Positions 44,800-54,998 of a DNA stretch of 64,000 nt are shown here, piece by piece. A model generated the notes under the pieces. That model was not told where the DNA came from, ran no database searches, and saw only the letters and a list, made by a program, of their open reading frames with translations. The DNA is from Thermodesulfobacteriota bacterium (lineage in GTDB: Bacteria; Desulfobacterota; Desulfobacteria; Desulfobacterales; SURF-7), in the NCBI GenBank assembly GCA_049320885.1, contig JBMORA010000038.1, forward strand, positions 34,233 to 98,232. The letters run 5' to 3'. Position numbers and translations under genes: made by a program. How positions within the stretch are numbered: the stretch's first letter is position 1; each line of letters opens with the position of its first letter.

Positions 44800-47043
44800 A
44801 TGAACCGGTCTGAGAAATATATCAAGCTTTGCATCTATCTGGTGGTGATCGTGCTGATCAATATTGTCGGCCTGACGTTGTTTTTCCGGATCGACCTTAC
44901 CGGCAATCGGTTGTATTCCATTTCCGCCCTGAGCCGGCAGGTGGTTTCCACCTTGTCGGAGCCGTTGACCATCAAGGTGTTTTTTACCAAAAACCTGCCC
45001 GCGCCCCACAACAACACGGAACGCTATCTGCAGGACCTGCTGGCTGAATACGCCATTCACGCCAATCGGTTTTTTAATTTCCAGTTTTTCGATGTCAGCC
45101 CCGAGGGTGAGACCCTGGACAACAATGGTTCGGACAACCAGAAAATGGCCCAGGATTACGGCATCCATCCGATCCAGATCCGGATGATCGACCGGGATGA
45201 AATCAAATTCATCAACGCTTACATGGGGGTCGTCCTGATCCATGGGGATATCATCGAGACCATTCCGGCCGTCACCTCCACGGAAGGGCTGGAGTATCAG
45301 CTGACCACCGCCATTCAGAAGATGAACAACAAGATCAGCTCCCTGCTCGCCCTGAAGGAACCGATCCAGATCCGGATGTTCCTGTCCTCCTCCCTGAAGG
45401 AAGTCGCGCCCCTGATGGGTCTCAAGACCCTGGCGGAGTTGCCGGATAAGGTGGCTGAGACGGTGGACAAGCTGAACGGAAAGAACTACGGGAAACTTTC
45501 CTTCCGGCATGTCGACCCGTCCACCGATGCAACGATCGCCGAGGAGGCCAAGAAATACAATCTGATGAGTCTGAAATGGCCGGAGCTCTCCGGGGGACGG
45601 ATTCAGCCCGGGGAAGGGATCATCGGCATGGTCATGTCGTACGGTCAAAAATCGGTCACGATCCCTCTGCTCAACGTCGTCCAGTTCCCCCTGATCGGCA
45701 CCCGCTACGAACTGGTGGATATGGAGGATTTGGACGCCTTCATCAACGACAATGTGGAAACATTGATCGATATCAATCAGAAAATCGGTTTTCTGTCCGA
45801 TTACGGCACCCTGGATGTCCAGTCAGCCGCCCGGTTCAATCCCATGATGGGGGAGCAACCGGACGGCTTGTCCGCTTTCAACAAGTTGCTCTCCCAGAAC
45901 TATTCCCTGCAGCCTGTTGCCCTGAAAACAGAAGGAATCCCCGAAAGCCTGAACTGTCTCATCATCCCCAGGCCCACGGAAAAAATGAGCGATTTCGATT
46001 TATACCAGATCGATCAGTTTTTGATGCGCGGGAAAAGCCTGGCGATTTTTCTCGATGCGTTCAAGGAAGTCCAGCCACCCGGGCAGCAGCCCTTCAGCTT
46101 CAACCAGGGCCCCATGTATGTGCCGGTGGAAACCGGGCTTGAAAAATTGCTGGCGCACTACGGGGTGAACGTCCGGAAATCCTATGTGATGGATGAAAAC
46201 TGTTATAAACAACTGCTGCCCCAGCATTTCGGGGGCGGCGAGCGGCCGATCTATTTCGCCCCGCTCATCAAGCGGGAAAATATCAATGACGATCTGCCAT
46301 TCATGAAAAACATCAACGGACTCATCACCATGAGGATTTCACCGCTTTCCCTGGATGAAGAGCGCATCAAGAAAGAGGGGGTTACGGCCCATCGGCTGCT
46401 GGCCTCGTCGGAAAAAGCCTGGGAAATGAAAGGGCGTATCAACCTGAATCCCATGTTCATCCAGCCGCCCGGCCCCAAAGAGGAACAGTCGATTCTGCCC
46501 CTGGCCTATCTGCTGGAAGGCCGCTTCCGGAGCTATTTTGACGGCAAACCAATACCGGAAAAACCGGAGGAAGTGACTGACAAGGCGGAAGACGGCGGCG
46601 AGGATCTCGCGGAAATCGAGCCGGAAACGGCAGCGAAGCCGAAAGCAAATCCGGTGGAAAAGCCGGCGGAAAAAGCCGACGAGGATATCGCCAAGATTGA
46701 ACGGACGGGTGATGTCCTGACCAAGAGCGAAGCGGCGAAAATTTTCCTGATATCCTCGGCCGAGATCCTCAAGGACAACATGCTGGACGAGGAAGGCAAG
46801 ACGCCCAACGCCACATTTCTGATGAATGTGATCGATATGTTGAACGGCCGCGGAGAAATCGCCGCCATGCGGAGCAAGGAGCAGGGTTTCAATCCCCTGT
46901 ACGATACCGATGCCGCGACCAAAACGGCCGTCAAGGTGTTCAACATCGCCGGAATGCCGGTGATGGTGGTTCTGTTCGGGCTGTTTATCTGGCTGAGGCG
47001 ACATTCCAGGCGGAAACAGATCCAGATGATTTTTCAGAAGTAA
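44800..47043 (+). CDS. GldG-like ABC auxiliary component
   Basis: RIDLTGNRLYSIS, LEYQLTTAI, IDQFLMRG, N- and C-terminal TMs. Confidence 0.88.
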   Translation: MNRSEKYIKLCIYLVVIVLINIVGLTLFFRIDLTGNRLYSISALSRQVVSTLSEPLTIKVFFTKNLPAPHNNTERYLQDLLAEYAIHANRFFNFQFFDVSPEGETLDNNGSDNQKMAQDYGIHPIQIRMIDRDEIKFINAYMGVVLIHGDIIETIPAVTSTEGLEYQLTTAIQKMNNKISSLLALKEPIQIRMFLSSSLKEVAPLMGLKTLAELPDKVAETVDKLNGKNYGKLSFRHVDPSTDATIAEEAKKYNLMSLKWPELSGGRIQPGEGIIGMVMSYGQKSVTIPLLNVVQFPLIGTRYELVDMEDLDAFINDNVETLIDINQKIGFLSDYGTLDVQSAARFNPMMGEQPDGLSAFNKLLSQNYSLQPVALKTEGIPESLNCLIIPRPTEKMSDFDLYQIDQFLMRGKSLAIFLDAFKEVQPPGQQPFSFNQGPMYVPVETGLEKLLAHYGVNVRKSYVMDENCYKQLLPQHFGGGERPIYFAPLIKRENINDDLPFMKNINGLITMRISPLSLDEERIKKEGVTAHRLLASSEKAWEMKGRINLNPMFIQPPGPKEEQSILPLAYLLEGRFRSYFDGKPIPEKPEEVTDKAEDGGEDLAEIEPETAAKPKANPVEKPAEKADEDIAKIERTGDVLTKSEAAKIFLISSAEILKDNMLDEEGKTPNATFLMNVIDMLNGRGEIAAMRSKEQGFNPLYDTDAATKTAVKVFNIAGMPVMVVLFGLFIWLRRHSRRKQIQMIFQK

Positions 47044-47057
47044 GGAGAATTGTCTCG

Positions 47058-48050
47058 ATGAAATGGAAAAAGGAATATCTTGTTTTATCCGTAGTCATTG
47101 TCGGGTTGTCCGTTTACCTCCTGCTGCACCGTGCGGACCGGACGCATTATCAGTTGCCGGTGCTGCCGAAGGTGGAAAAGAAGACCATCACCCGGATCGA
47201 AATCGTCTCCCCCAAGCAAACGATGGTGCTGAACCGCAAGGGCGAGAATTGGGTCTTGAATGAAAAGGAGTATCCGGCCGACACCGTCCGGGTGGACGAC
47301 ATGCTGGATGTTCTGGAAGATCTGACTCTCACCGACCTGGTCTCGGAATCGGAAAACTACGGCCGCTATGATCTGGACGCGGATAAACGCATTCAGATAC
47401 GGGCCTGGGTCGGGGATTCCGTCAAGCGGGATATGGCCATCGGCCGGGCGGCGACTTCCTTTCGGCACACGTTTGTCCGGATGGAAGGTGACCCGCGCGT
47501 CTATCACGCCCGGGAAAATTTTCGAAACCGCTTCGAAGTCAACCAGGATCAACTGCGGGACAAGTCCGTTTTTTCCTTTGAAAAATCCGATATTCTGGAG
47601 ATCCATGTCGTGAAAGACAAGCAACCGGTGGTGGACCTTGTGCGGCAAGAGGTCCCGGTGGAGGCCGCTGGCGTGGATACGTCCGGGGATTCCAAGAAGC
47701 AGGCCGCCAAGCCGAAGGAAGCAAAAACGGTCTGGCAGGCTGCCGGCGGCGAAACCATGGATGTCGCCAAGGTCGAGCGCCTGCTGGGAGCGTTGTCCAT
47801 GCTGAAATGCAACCGTTACATCGACGACAAACAGAAAACGGATTTCATCGACCCGGTTTATACCGTTCGGGTGAAAGGCGCCCAGGAGCACAGTCTGTCG
47901 GTGTTTGCAAAAGGAGATGGCAAGGAGGGCCAATATCCGGCCATATCTTCCCAGAACGACTACCCGTTTCTGTTGAGCGGGACCCAGGCGGAGGCCTTCA
48001 TGACGATTTTCGACGCGGCCCCTCCGGAGAAAACGGAAGACAGGCAGTAG
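47058..48050 (+). CDS. DUF4340 domain protein
   Basis: N-terminal anchor, W.L...YPAD, YGRYDL, LRDKSVF; follows gldG-like gene. Confidence 0.8.
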   Translation: MKWKKEYLVLSVVIVGLSVYLLLHRADRTHYQLPVLPKVEKKTITRIEIVSPKQTMVLNRKGENWVLNEKEYPADTVRVDDMLDVLEDLTLTDLVSESENYGRYDLDADKRIQIRAWVGDSVKRDMAIGRAATSFRHTFVRMEGDPRVYHARENFRNRFEVNQDQLRDKSVFSFEKSDILEIHVVKDKQPVVDLVRQEVPVEAAGVDTSGDSKKQAAKPKEAKTVWQAAGGETMDVAKVERLLGALSMLKCNRYIDDKQKTDFIDPVYTVRVKGAQEHSLSVFAKGDGKEGQYPAISSQNDYPFLLSGTQAEAFMTIFDAAPPEKTEDRQ

Positions 48051-48135
48051 GCGCCAACCCCAATCGGACCCCGGTATTGAATTTACCGGCGATGGCCTTA
48101 TGATAGGGATATAACACCGGAGAGAGGGAACCCGT

Positions 48136-48429
48136 ATGACCAACGACAATGTCATTGCCATCGAAGGATTGATGGCCCCGCTTCAGGACGCCTTCAAACG
48201 GTTGATGGAACTGGTTCCCGCCAAGCATCGCGAGGACATCTTCCTGCAGCGCCTGATCGCCGTCCGTTTGAAGATTGACGGTGAGGAGCCGACCCGCGAG
48301 TATATGATCAGAAAGATGGAGCAGGCGGCCCAGTGCGGGTACACCGGAAGCCTGTTTGATTTCTTCAAGGACGATTTTGAGGAAGCGGCCTGTGAAGCAA
48401 GGGAAGGGAATCCCCAAGGGGCGGGTTAA
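48136..48429 (+). CDS. Hypothetical protein
   Basis: GAGGG RBS, coding-like codon usage, fills the gap. Confidence 0.65.
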   Translation: MTNDNVIAIEGLMAPLQDAFKRLMELVPAKHREDIFLQRLIAVRLKIDGEEPTREYMIRKMEQAAQCGYTGSLFDFFKDDFEEAACEAREGNPQGAG

Positions 48430-48494
48430 GGGTTCTTGACATTTTCCCCGCCGGCCATATACCGTTTTCCCGGGAAAACCGGAAAGGAATTGAC

Positions 48495-48887
48495 ATGATC
48501 TATATCGGTAATTTCTTGCAATCCACCAACCAGCAGGCGCCTTCGGAATCCGAAAGACGCCATGGTGAATTCAGCATGCTTGTCGAAGCGGACAGCCATG
48601 AAGCGGCCCTCGGCAAATTCGAATCCAAGATCCGGTTTTATCGGGAAACCAGCGATCTTTTCGAAGGCGCCTGCACCATCTATTGTATTCAGCTTCTCGA
48701 GTTCGTTCAATTCCCCGGGGAGCCCGTGATGATGAATTACAAATCCTTTGCCGGGGATCCGTTGATGCCTTTCATCGGCTGTTCGCTGCCGGATGGCGAG
48801 GAAAAGTCCTGCACCATCTACAATTGGGAGGAAAAACGGCTCGAGGTGGACGGCTACAGCGGGAAACTGTTTCTGGAATTTTCCTGA
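48495..48887 (+). CDS. Hypothetical protein
   Basis: AAAGGA RBS, coding-like codon usage. Confidence 0.65.
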   Translation: MIYIGNFLQSTNQQAPSESERRHGEFSMLVEADSHEAALGKFESKIRFYRETSDLFEGACTIYCIQLLEFVQFPGEPVMMNYKSFAGDPLMPFIGCSLPDGEEKSCTIYNWEEKRLEVDGYSGKLFLEFS

Positions 48888-50477
48888 TCAGGGTTTCTTG
48901 CCCGCCCGGATGTCAGCCGCATCCGGCGGGTCCCAGCGTAAACCGCCTTTGAAACCATAGGCTCGGTAGAGGTAAAACGTCTGGGCCGGTTCCCTTGATG
49001 CATCTTTTGTCCAGGGGGAATCCCGGTGGATGATGATTTCCAGGGGCGGTTCCACGCGTTCGAACACCTGGTTCAACTTGGTTTCATGGTCATCGGGCGA
49101 TTCGCTGGCACCCACCGCGTCCCAACCCAACAATTCTTCGTCCTGCTTCCAATAATCATAGACATTCGGGCGGTTCCATTTGTTGATCGCCACGGTTTCC
49201 GGGTTTCCGGGAGTATAAAAGGCCAGTTCGCTGGCGATTTGATAGCGCAGCCCGAACAAAAAGGTCCGGTCCGGTCGCGGCATGGACTGCAACGTTTCGG
49301 CGGCTTTCCGGCCAAGAACATCCCAGCCGGCGATTTCCCTCGCCACCCGGTCGATTTTTTTAGAGACCGGTAAAATGGGTGTCACTACATGGATCAGCAA
49401 CAGGGCCGTGAGGCAGTAGGCGCTGCCCACCGCCCAGGGGTAGAGCCGCCGGCCGAATCGCCGGTGCGGTGGTTCCTGGGATTTCCCGCCGACCTGGCCG
49501 CCGAACCGGGCGGCCGTCATTACGGAGGCCGTCAGATAGGCGGCGCCCGGCCAATTGGCATACACCCGGGTATGCAGGCTCAAGAGAGCGAAACCGGCGA
49601 ACATGGGAAAGGATGTCCAGAACAAGTACCGGTTGATCCAGGTATCCTCCGCGTTGTTGCCCGGGGATCGGAAGGCCATGCGCCATGCCGCCAGAATGAG
49701 GATGAAAACCAGGGGGGAAACCAGACCGGCCTGCCCCGCCAGGTATTCTCCGAAATATTTGAAGTGGATTTGGAAGGCTTCGTCCACGCCGCCGAGATGG
49801 GCCACGTGGCGCGCCGAATTCCATCCATGGGCGATATTCCAGGCAATGACCGGAGAAAACATGACCACACCCAGCATCAGGCCGGCATAAGGGCGGATGC
49901 CGGCCAGCCGTTCCCGGTGCCGATGGGAGAACAGACCGTAGGCAAAAGCTCCCGGCAGGAACAGGACCATGGTGTACTTGCTCAACAAACCAAATCCGAA
50001 CCAGAAACCACCCAGGAGCCACTGGGGCCAGCGGTTTTCTTGGAAGGCCCTGGCCACATGATAACTGGCGGCGGCCCAGCCCGCGGCCTGCAGACCGTCG
50101 GTGGTGGCCAGCAATCCGCCGACATTGAATTCGAGGATCCCCTGGCTCAGGAGGGCCGTATGAAAAGCCGTGACCGGGGAAAACCAGCGCAGGGCGATGA
50201 GCATGAGGTAAATCGAGGCGACGGTCATGGCGGCAACCGACGGCAGGCGTACGGCCGTTTCCGTATGGCCCAGCAGCTCCGTGGCCAGTCGGATGGCCCA
50301 GCCGATCATGGGGGCATTGTCGTGATATCCCCAGTCCAGATGGCGGCCCCATTGCCAATAATTGGTTTCATCGGCCACCAGCGGGAAAGAGCCGGCGTAC
50401 AGCAACCGGAAAACAGCCGCTGCGGCGATCAGCCCCCAGCCGGCGTATAAATGGAAAAGGTCCTTGCGGCTCAACAT
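48888..50477 (-). CDS. GT39/ArnT-like GT-C glycosyltransferase
   Basis: DETNYWQWGRHLDWGYHDNAP, AVRLP, LSKYT, multiple TMs, YQIASELAFY. Confidence 0.88.
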   Translation of the reverse strand: MLSRKDLFHLYAGWGLIAAAAVFRLLYAGSFPLVADETNYWQWGRHLDWGYHDNAPMIGWAIRLATELLGHTETAVRLPSVAAMTVASIYLMLIALRWFSPVTAFHTALLSQGILEFNVGGLLATTDGLQAAGWAAASYHVARAFQENRWPQWLLGGFWFGFGLLSKYTMVLFLPGAFAYGLFSHRHRERLAGIRPYAGLMLGVVMFSPVIAWNIAHGWNSARHVAHLGGVDEAFQIHFKYFGEYLAGQAGLVSPLVFILILAAWRMAFRSPGNNAEDTWINRYLFWTSFPMFAGFALLSLHTRVYANWPGAAYLTASVMTAARFGGQVGGKSQEPPHRRFGRRLYPWAVGSAYCLTALLLIHVVTPILPVSKKIDRVAREIAGWDVLGRKAAETLQSMPRPDRTFLFGLRYQIASELAFYTPGNPETVAINKWNRPNVYDYWKQDEELLGWDAVGASESPDDHETKLNQVFERVEPPLEIIIHRDSPWTKDASREPAQTFYLYRAYGFKGGLRWDPPDAADIRAGKKP

Positions 50478-50642
50478 GGTTTTCGACTTTATATCAGAAT
50501 ACTGCAAAGTCAAGGGGAAAACCGGACCCTGGAACGATCGCGGGTTTATCTGTTGCAAGTTCATGGGGATGTGTATATGTAACAGGCCATCTGCCGGCTG
50601 CCCGGGAGGGGAAAACGCCGGAATGTTGGAGCGCTTCCGAAT

Positions 50643-52130
50643 ATGGAAAGACAGTATCGAATAATTTTCATCGCCGTCGTGGCCGTCAAATTGAGCCTGG
50701 CCTATTTCTTCCCCATTACGTCGGATGAGGCCTATTTTTATTCCTGGGTCGACCAGCCGGATTTCACCTATTACGATCACCCGCCCATGACCGGGTGGCT
50801 GGTGTATCTGTTCACCCGCCTGGGGGGGCATGTTTTTTTTCCGCGCCTGCTCTCGATCCTCTGCGGTGCGTCCATTGCCATCGGAATATACGGGTTTGTC
50901 GGGCGCAGCACCGGCGACCGGGAAAAAGCACGCCTGATATCCCTTTTTTATCTGCTATCTCCCCTGCACATGCTGTTCGTGGTCATTGCCACGGATACCC
51001 CCCTTTGCCTGTTTGTCTTTTTCAGCGGTCTGTTGCTGCATGTCGGAATCCGGAGCGATCGGCGGTGGCTGATACTGATTTCAGGGTGTTTATGGGGGCT
51101 GGCCATTCTGAGCAAATATTTCGCCGGCTTGTTGTTGTTCGCCTATGCTGGTTATTTTCTGATCCGGCGGGACCGGAACACCCTGATAAACGGTTTTGTC
51201 TGGGCTGCCGGGGCCGCGCCCTTGATTCTGCTGCATTTGTACTGGAATTACAACCATTGCTGGACCAACGTGCTGTTCAACGTGATCAACCGGAACCGGG
51301 ATGTCCAGCTGAATATTCCGGGCTTTTTTGTTTTTCTCGGTTTTCAGGTGTATCTCGCCACCCCCTGGCTTCTGTGGCGCCTGTTTCAAAGCCGGACGGC
51401 TGTTCGGCAGGGGCTCCGCGCCGGCTCCGACCTGTTTGCCTGCCTGTACGGGATTCCCCTGGCTGTTTTCGGACTGGTTTCCCTGCACAACATCGGCCTG
51501 CACTGGACCCTCTCTTTCTATCCGTTCCTGTTTCTCCTGCTGATGGCTGTCGATACCCGGCGGATTGGGAAACTTGTCCGGTACTCGGCCGTGTTCAGCC
51601 TGCTGCATGTGGTTCCCGTTATGATCGTGCTGAGTCTGCCGGTGGAAACCTTTCGCGGCAAACCCTATTATCACGATCTGGTGTTGAGCGTCCACGGCGG
51701 GGAAATTTACCGGGCCCTGGAGAAACGTTACGGCTCATCGTTTGTGATGGCCACCAACGGATATTATACGTCGGGGGCCATGACCTATCACGGCGGCGAA
51801 CGCTTCATCGTTTTCCATGATGATTCCAAACATGGCAGGCAGGATGACCGGGTGACCGATTTTCGGACCCTGGATGGCCGGAACATCCTGATTCTGTCGA
51901 CTCTGCCGGTGGAACAGGATTACCGCCCCTACTTTGATGCCGTTGCCGACGAAACCATCGAGGTACGGCAGCAGACATTTTACGTCACGGTGGGCACCGG
52001 TTTCCGATATGCGGCGTATCGGGATGGTTTTTTGCGGCGGATATTGGAAAACTGGTATGATCCTCCGGATTTTCTGCCGCGGGGCGATTGCTTTTTCCGT
52101 GAAACCTATTTCCCCGAGACGATTCGGTAA
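50643..52130 (+). CDS. GT39/ArnT-like GT-C glycosyltransferase
   Basis: DEAYFYSW...YYDHPP, TDTP, LSKY, multiple TMs. Confidence 0.88.
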   Translation: MERQYRIIFIAVVAVKLSLAYFFPITSDEAYFYSWVDQPDFTYYDHPPMTGWLVYLFTRLGGHVFFPRLLSILCGASIAIGIYGFVGRSTGDREKARLISLFYLLSPLHMLFVVIATDTPLCLFVFFSGLLLHVGIRSDRRWLILISGCLWGLAILSKYFAGLLLFAYAGYFLIRRDRNTLINGFVWAAGAAPLILLHLYWNYNHCWTNVLFNVINRNRDVQLNIPGFFVFLGFQVYLATPWLLWRLFQSRTAVRQGLRAGSDLFACLYGIPLAVFGLVSLHNIGLHWTLSFYPFLFLLLMAVDTRRIGKLVRYSAVFSLLHVVPVMIVLSLPVETFRGKPYYHDLVLSVHGGEIYRALEKRYGSSFVMATNGYYTSGAMTYHGGERFIVFHDDSKHGRQDDRVTDFRTLDGRNILILSTLPVEQDYRPYFDAVADETIEVRQQTFYVTVGTGFRYAAYRDGFLRRILENWYDPPDFLPRGDCFFRETYFPETIR

Positions 52131-52146
52131 CGATGAGGCCCGGGCA

Positions 52147-52812
52147 GTGAAAGCGGTGATTTTCGATGTGGACGGAACCCTTTACCATCAAAGGAAATTG
52201 CGCCTTTTCCTGATATCTGATATGGTCCTTTCCGTGTTGCGGGCCCCGGCGACTTACGGGGAATTGAAGATTGTCCGGGATTTTCGGAAGGCCCGGGAGG
52301 CCCTTGGGAACGGAGCTGCGGGAAGGATCGAGCGGAGGCAGTATGAATGGGGGGCCGGACGATCGCATGTCTCCGCAGTGCTGGTAAGACGGGCGGTCCA
52401 GCGCTGGATGCTGGAGCGCCCCTTGCGATATTTGCCGTATTGCCGGTTTGAGGACGCGGCTGAACGGTTTGCCGAGTTGCGCGCCGCCGGAATCCGCATC
52501 GGGGTTTTCTCCGATTATCCGGCCCGGGAAAAACTGCAGGTCCTGGGCTTGCAGGCCGATGCTGTAGTATCCGCGACGGATGAGGATGTGGATCGCTTGA
52601 AACCGGCGCCGGAAGGTCTTTGCCGCACCGCCGAAAAACTGGGCATTCCGGTGGGAGAGTGCCTTTTCATCGGCGATCGCGATGACAAGGACGGGGAATG
52701 CGCCCGCCGGGCGGGAATGCCGTATCTGGTGCTGAAACATCCCGGCCGGTTCTTTTCAGCGGCCGGAACCGCCGACATGACCGCTGCATGGAGAAATTCG
52801 TGGAAAAGATAA
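52147..52812 (+). CDS. HAD family phosphatase
   Basis: AVIFDVDGTL, FSDY, KPAP, FIGDRDDKDG. Confidence 0.85.
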   Translation: MKAVIFDVDGTLYHQRKLRLFLISDMVLSVLRAPATYGELKIVRDFRKAREALGNGAAGRIERRQYEWGAGRSHVSAVLVRRAVQRWMLERPLRYLPYCRFEDAAERFAELRAAGIRIGVFSDYPAREKLQVLGLQADAVVSATDEDVDRLKPAPEGLCRTAEKLGIPVGECLFIGDRDDKDGECARRAGMPYLVLKHPGRFFSAAGTADMTAAWRNSWKR

Positions 52813-53687
52813 TCGCCTTGGCCCGGCTCGCCCGACCGCATCAATACCTGAAAAACGGGTTTCTCTGGCTGCCGTTGTTCTTCGGCAACAAGCTTTTGGA
52901 TGTCCAGGCCCTGGCAATGACCCTGTGGGGTTTTTTGGCGTTTTGCGCGGCCGCCAGCAGCATCTATGTGATCAACGACCTGCGGGATGTGGAAGAAGAC
53001 CGCCGCCATCCGCTGAAAAAATTCAGGCCCATCGCCAGTTTCGCCGTCAAACGATTCGAAGCGGTCGGATTTTTCTTTCTGCTCCTGCTCCTGACCGGAA
53101 TCATCAGCCTTGTCTGCCTGCCCCGCGAATTTTTCTGGGTTACGGGCGGATATGTCCTGTTGAATCTGGGCTATTCCGCCGGCCTGAAGCATCTGGCCAT
53201 TATCGATATCATCTGTATCGCCATTGGGTTCGTCTTGCGGATCCTGGCTGGCGGCTTCGCTTCCGGCGTCCGGATCAGTCCCTGGATCATCATGATGACC
53301 TTCCTGCTGGCGCTTTTCCTGGCGCTTGCCAAACGCCGGGACGATCTGCTGCTGGAGATGGCGGGAAACAACACCCGTAAATCCCTGGACGGCTACAACC
53401 TTGAATTTGTGTCGCTGAGCATGGGGGTCATGGCGTCCGTCATCATTGTCGCCTATCTGTTGTACACGGTATCGCCGGAAATCATCGCGAAACACGGGAC
53501 AAGCCATATGTACCTGACGGCATTCTGGGTGATTTTCGGATTGTTGCGCTATCTTCAGATCACTTTCGTGGAACAGCGCAGCGGTTCGCCCACGCTGATC
53601 CTGCTGAGGGATTTCGTACTGCAGGCGGTGATCATCTGCTGGCTGGTGAATGTCTATATTCTGCTGTACCGGTTCAAACATCCATGA
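52788..53687 (+). CDS. Polyprenyl-phosphate phosphoribosyltransferase (UbiA/Rv3806c-like)
   Basis: RPHQYLKN, YVINDLRDVEEDRRHPLK..RPIAS, GFVLR, KRRDD. Confidence 0.88.
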   Translation: MEKFVEKIIALARLARPHQYLKNGFLWLPLFFGNKLLDVQALAMTLWGFLAFCAAASSIYVINDLRDVEEDRRHPLKKFRPIASFAVKRFEAVGFFFLLLLLTGIISLVCLPREFFWVTGGYVLLNLGYSAGLKHLAIIDIICIAIGFVLRILAGGFASGVRISPWIIMMTFLLALFLALAKRRDDLLLEMAGNNTRKSLDGYNLEFVSLSMGVMASVIIVAYLLYTVSPEIIAKHGTSHMYLTAFWVIFGLLRYLQITFVEQRSGSPTLILLRDFVLQAVIICWLVNVYILLYRFKHP

Positions 53688-54994
53688 TTCGAGGCGCCAT
53701 GAAACTGAGCGGCTGGGGACGATACCCCGTTGTCGATGCAAAAACCAAATCGTTTGAGGCAGTGGAGGAGCTGTCCGCCCTGTTGCGGGAAACGGATGAG
53801 TGTATTGTTCACGCCATGGGGCGCAGTTACGGCGACAGCGCCCTGAACCGGCAGGTTATCGCCACACGAAGGTTCAACAAACTGGTCGCCTTCGATCCGC
53901 AAAGCGGTGTGGTGACCTGTGAGAGCGGGGTCACTCTCGCGGAACTGATCCATATTTTTTTGCCCAGGGGCTGGTTTCTGTCCGTGACTCCCGGCACCAG
54001 GCTGATATCCGTTGGCGGGGCCGTGGCCGGCGACGTACACGGCAAAAATCATCACAAGGACGGGTGCTTCAGTGCCTGCGTGGAATCGTTGGAGCTGATG
54101 GTCGCCGACGGACGGGTGTTTTCCTGCAGCCGGACGGAAAATCGGGAGTTGTTTCTGGCCACTTGCGGCGGCATGGGGTTGACCGGTGTCATTCTGACGG
54201 TCCGGCTGAAACTGAAACCGGTGAAAAGCGCCTACATCCGGGAATCCGTCATCCGCTGCCGTAACCTGGCGGAGGTTTTCGCCGCCTTTGAACAACACCG
54301 GTCGACAACCTATTCGGTGGCCTGGATCGACTGTCTGGCCGGAGGATTTCACAAAGGCCGGTCGGTGTTGATGCTGGGGGAACATGCGGACACGGGCCGA
54401 AGGCGGCTGCCGTGGACGCAACGGCTGACCGTTCCCCTGGATTTCCCCGGAAGCTGCCTGAACCGGCACACTGTCCGGCTCTTTAACGGACTGTATTATC
54501 GGTCGCGTCCTGCCCACGTGGAAAATCGGCTGGTTCCCCTGGAGCCGTTTTTTTATCCCCTCGATCAGGTGGCGAACTGGAATCGGATGTACGGCCGGAG
54601 AGGGTTCACCCAGTACCAGCTGGTTCTGCCGCTGCAATCCAGTTTCGACGGGCTCACGGAAATCCTGAGCCGTATCGCCGAAAGCGGGTTGGGGTCCTTC
54701 CTGGCGGTATTGAAGCTTTTCGGTCCTGAAAATGACAACTATCTGTCATTTCCCATGGAAGGATACACGCTGGCCCTGGATTTTAAAATTGAAAGACGTC
54801 TGTTCCCCTTTCTGGACGAACTGGATCGCATCGTCCTGGGTCATGGCGGACGGCTATATCTGTCCAAGGATGTGCGCATGCGACCGGAGGTGTTCCTAAA
54901 AGGGTACCCCCGTTATGGGCGGTTCGCCGAACTTCGGGCCCGCTATGGAATGGAAAAATTCAGTTCTCTTCAATCCAAAAGACTAGGAGTGTGA
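53684..54994 (+). CDS. DprE1-like FAD-dependent polyprenyl-phosphoribose oxidase
   Basis: LSGWGR, GRSYGDSA, VTPGT, DVHGKNHH, FTQYQ, SFLAVLK, GYTLALD, YLSKD. Confidence 0.88.
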   Translation: MIRGAMKLSGWGRYPVVDAKTKSFEAVEELSALLRETDECIVHAMGRSYGDSALNRQVIATRRFNKLVAFDPQSGVVTCESGVTLAELIHIFLPRGWFLSVTPGTRLISVGGAVAGDVHGKNHHKDGCFSACVESLELMVADGRVFSCSRTENRELFLATCGGMGLTGVILTVRLKLKPVKSAYIRESVIRCRNLAEVFAAFEQHRSTTYSVAWIDCLAGGFHKGRSVLMLGEHADTGRRRLPWTQRLTVPLDFPGSCLNRHTVRLFNGLYYRSRPAHVENRLVPLEPFFYPLDQVANWNRMYGRRGFTQYQLVLPLQSSFDGLTEILSRIAESGLGSFLAVLKLFGPENDNYLSFPMEGYTLALDFKIERRLFPFLDELDRIVLGHGGRLYLSKDVRMRPEVFLKGYPRYGRFAELRARYGMEKFSSLQSKRLGV

Positions 54995-54998
54995 CGAC

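Noticed and set aside
46550..46690. Low-complexity E/K/P/A stretch in the gldG-like gene as a tandem repeat
   Set aside because: No discrete DNA repeat unit; an ordinary disordered linker.
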